Origin: Bryobacterales bacterium
Lineage (GTDB): Bacteria; Acidobacteriota; Terriglobia; Bryobacterales; UBA6623
Direction: 5' to 3'
Assembly (NCBI GenBank): GCA_965248235.1
Contig: CBDFIU010000004.1
Coordinates: 1,275,330 to 1,339,329 of the forward strand
DNA: 64,000 nucleotides
Shown: piece by piece, positions 62,195 through 64,000 of the stretch
Numbering within the stretch: the first letter of the stretch is position 1
Layout: the number at the start of each line of letters is the position of its first letter
Position numbers and translations under genes: made by a program
The notes under the pieces: model-generated
What the model was told of the DNA's origin: nothing
The model's database searches: none
What the model saw: the letters and a program-made list of their open reading frames with translations, nothing else

Positions 62195-62887
62195 ATGTCA
62201 CGCCAAGCCCGGGTGGTGGCGGAGGGCGTTCCGCACCACATCACCCAGAGGGGCAACAACCGTCAGGACGTCTTCCTGCTCGACGAAGACCGGCGGTTCT
62301 ACGTCGAAGCTCTACGCGCACAATCCGAGCAGCACGGCCTGACTGTTCTGGGCTACTGCTTGATGACCAACCACGTCCATTTGGTCGCCATACCGAAGCA
62401 CGCGACGTCGCTCGCGCGGACGATCGGTCGAGCCCATTGGCGCTACTCGGTTCGCTTCAACAAACAATACGGACGAATCGGTCATTTGTGGCAGAACCGC
62501 TTTTATTCCTGTCCCTTAGGCCCCACACACCTGGTCATGGCGTTGGCCTATGTCGACCTGAATCCGGTCCGCGCGGGCATCGTAGGCGAAGGGCCCGAGT
62601 ACCCTTGGTCGAGCGCCTCGGCGCACTGCGGAGACGCCATGAGCGACCGCCTAATCGACCCCGGGGAATGGCACCGGACAGGCTTGGCGAGCGATTGGGA
62701 ACAACGTTTGCGAGCCGAGTCGAAGGACGAGCGGGCCGACGAAGTACGTGAAGCGACCTATTCCGGGCTGCCGTTGGGGGACGAACAATTCATCGAACAG
62801 ATGGAAGCGCAACAGGGCAGGCGCTTGCGGTCACTCCCTCCAGGCCCCGCGCCGAAGGCACTGAAATCCGCCGCCGGAGGCATGTGA
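62195..62887 (+). CDS. REP-associated tyrosine transposase (RAYT; Y1 HUH, IS200/IS605 superfamily)
   Basis: HHITQRGNNRQ.VF, YCLMTNHVHL (HUH), GHLWQ.RF, YVDLNPVRAG, YPWSS. Confidence 0.92.
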   Translation: MSRQARVVAEGVPHHITQRGNNRQDVFLLDEDRRFYVEALRAQSEQHGLTVLGYCLMTNHVHLVAIPKHATSLARTIGRAHWRYSVRFNKQYGRIGHLWQNRFYSCPLGPTHLVMALAYVDLNPVRAGIVGEGPEYPWSSASAHCGDAMSDRLIDPGEWHRTGLASDWEQRLRAESKDERADEVREATYSGLPLGDEQFIEQMEAQQGRRLRSLPPGPAPKALKSAAGGM

Positions 62888-62899
62888 CCCGGGTTACGT

Positions 62900-64000
62900 G
62901 GCTGTTTTAATGCATAGGTGAGCCGGCGAAGAGGTCCTCCTGAGAGGGATAAAAAGCTAAGCGCAGCCGCCCAAGGCGGCGCCTTAGAACCCGAACTCAG
63001 GAGGACTGAAATGCACTATATCGGACTCGACGTCCACAAGCAAAGCGTCAGCTACTGCACCAAGACCGCCGCCGGGGAGTTGGTCGAGGAAGGTCGCATC
63101 GACGCCACCCGCGAAGCGCTCGCAAGTTGGGCCCAAACGCAACCGCCCTGGCGCGGGGCGATGGAAGCCACCTTGTTCAGCGGCTGGATCCACGACACGC
63201 TCGCGCCCTACGCCGACGACCTCGCCGTCGGACACCCCGCCGCCATGGAAGCCATCACGCGGGCCAAAAAGAAAAGCGATCGCCTCGATTCCGACAAGCT
63301 CGCCGACCTATGCCGCGTCAACCTGCTGCCGCGCGTGTGGATGCCGCCGCGCGAGCTGCGCGAATTGCGCCGCCTGCTGCGCTTTCGCCGACGCCTGGTC
63401 GAACAAGCGACCTGGTCGAAGAACCGCATCGCGACCTTGATGATGGAAATCGGCGAGCCCTACGCCAAGTCCAAACTGCACGGCAAACGCTACTTCTACC
63501 GCTTTCTCGATGATCTGAAGGCAAGCGAAACCGACCTTCTCCTGTTGGCCGCGAGCCGCGACCGTCTGGAGGATTCCGCCGAGCTCGCCCGGCTTGTCGA
63601 GAAACGCCTGCTCGAGCATCCGCTGTTGTGCGAGCGTGTGGCGAGGTTGCAAACGATCCCGGGCGTCGGGGCGATCACGGCGCTCACGTGGGCGGTCGAG
63701 ATCGGCGACCCGCGGCGCTTTCGCTCGCTCGATCGCGCGGTGAGCTACTGCGGGCTCTGCGCGCGGCTCAACGAATCGGCGGGCAAGAGCAAACGCGGCC
63801 CGCTGTCGAAGCAACGCAACCCGCATCTGCAACACGTGCTGATCGAAGCCGCCAAGCTTGCGCCGCGCTGGAACGAGCCGTTGGCCGGGTTGTATCAAAG
63901 CGAACTCGAGCGCGGACATCGCAATCGCGCGACGATTCGCGTGGCCCGCAAGCTGGTGGCGATGCTGCTCGCCATCGACCGCCGCCAAAGCGGCTACGAA
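62900..64000 (+). mobile_element. Second IS110-family element (probably IS1111 type), right end outside the window
   Basis: About 110-nt left end beginning near GCTGTTTTAATGCATAG, then an IS110 ORF; left boundary approximate. Confidence 0.7.
63011..64000 (+). CDS. IS110 family transposase, 3'-partial
   Basis: AGGAGG RBS; MHYIGLDVHK, AMEA, KSDRLD, IPGVG, YCGL...ESAGK, VARKL; open to the window end, so absent from the ORF track. Confidence 0.93.
   Translation, partial: MHYIGLDVHKQSVSYCTKTAAGELVEEGRIDATREALASWAQTQPPWRGAMEATLFSGWIHDTLAPYADDLAVGHPAAMEAITRAKKKSDRLDSDKLADLCRVNLLPRVWMPPRELRELRRLLRFRRRLVEQATWSKNRIATLMMEIGEPYAKSKLHGKRYFYRFLDDLKASETDLLLLAASRDRLEDSAELARLVEKRLLEHPLLCERVARLQTIPGVGAITALTWAVEIGDPRRFRSLDRAVSYCGLCARLNESAGKSKRGPLSKQRNPHLQHVLIEAAKLAPRWNEPLAGLYQSELERGHRNRATIRVARKLVAMLLAIDRRQSGYE

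Overview
GC-rich bacterial window whose gene content (secA, gatCA, accBC, priA, nth, TIGR03437-type C-terminal domain, TMTC-like/TPR, DUF1080, Tat-exported enolases) is most consistent with an Acidobacteriota (Bryobacterales-like) chromosome; this is an inference, not a database result. Housekeeping genes are intact, but about 12 accessory genes are broken by frameshifts, stops, deletions or IS insertion. Mobile elements: a complete IS110 (about 925-2472) with a readable bridge-RNA guide layout and an unusually long 37-bp inverted repeat; two IS1595 (ISSod11-like) copies, both in YCGATCGG with 8-bp duplications; a RAYT/HUH transposase preceded by a stuttered GGGATCGGTGAC array that starts where a caspase-like gene is cut; and a second, IS1111-like IS110 running off the right end. 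The most unusual chromosomal module is a lone, divergent pilM coupled to a PilN-motif/TM/linker/AMIN protein (FtsA-FtsN-like architecture), downstream of a sigma54 two-component system plus lipoprotein. No rRNA, tRNA or CRISPR array was seen. All family assignments come from reading motifs by eye.
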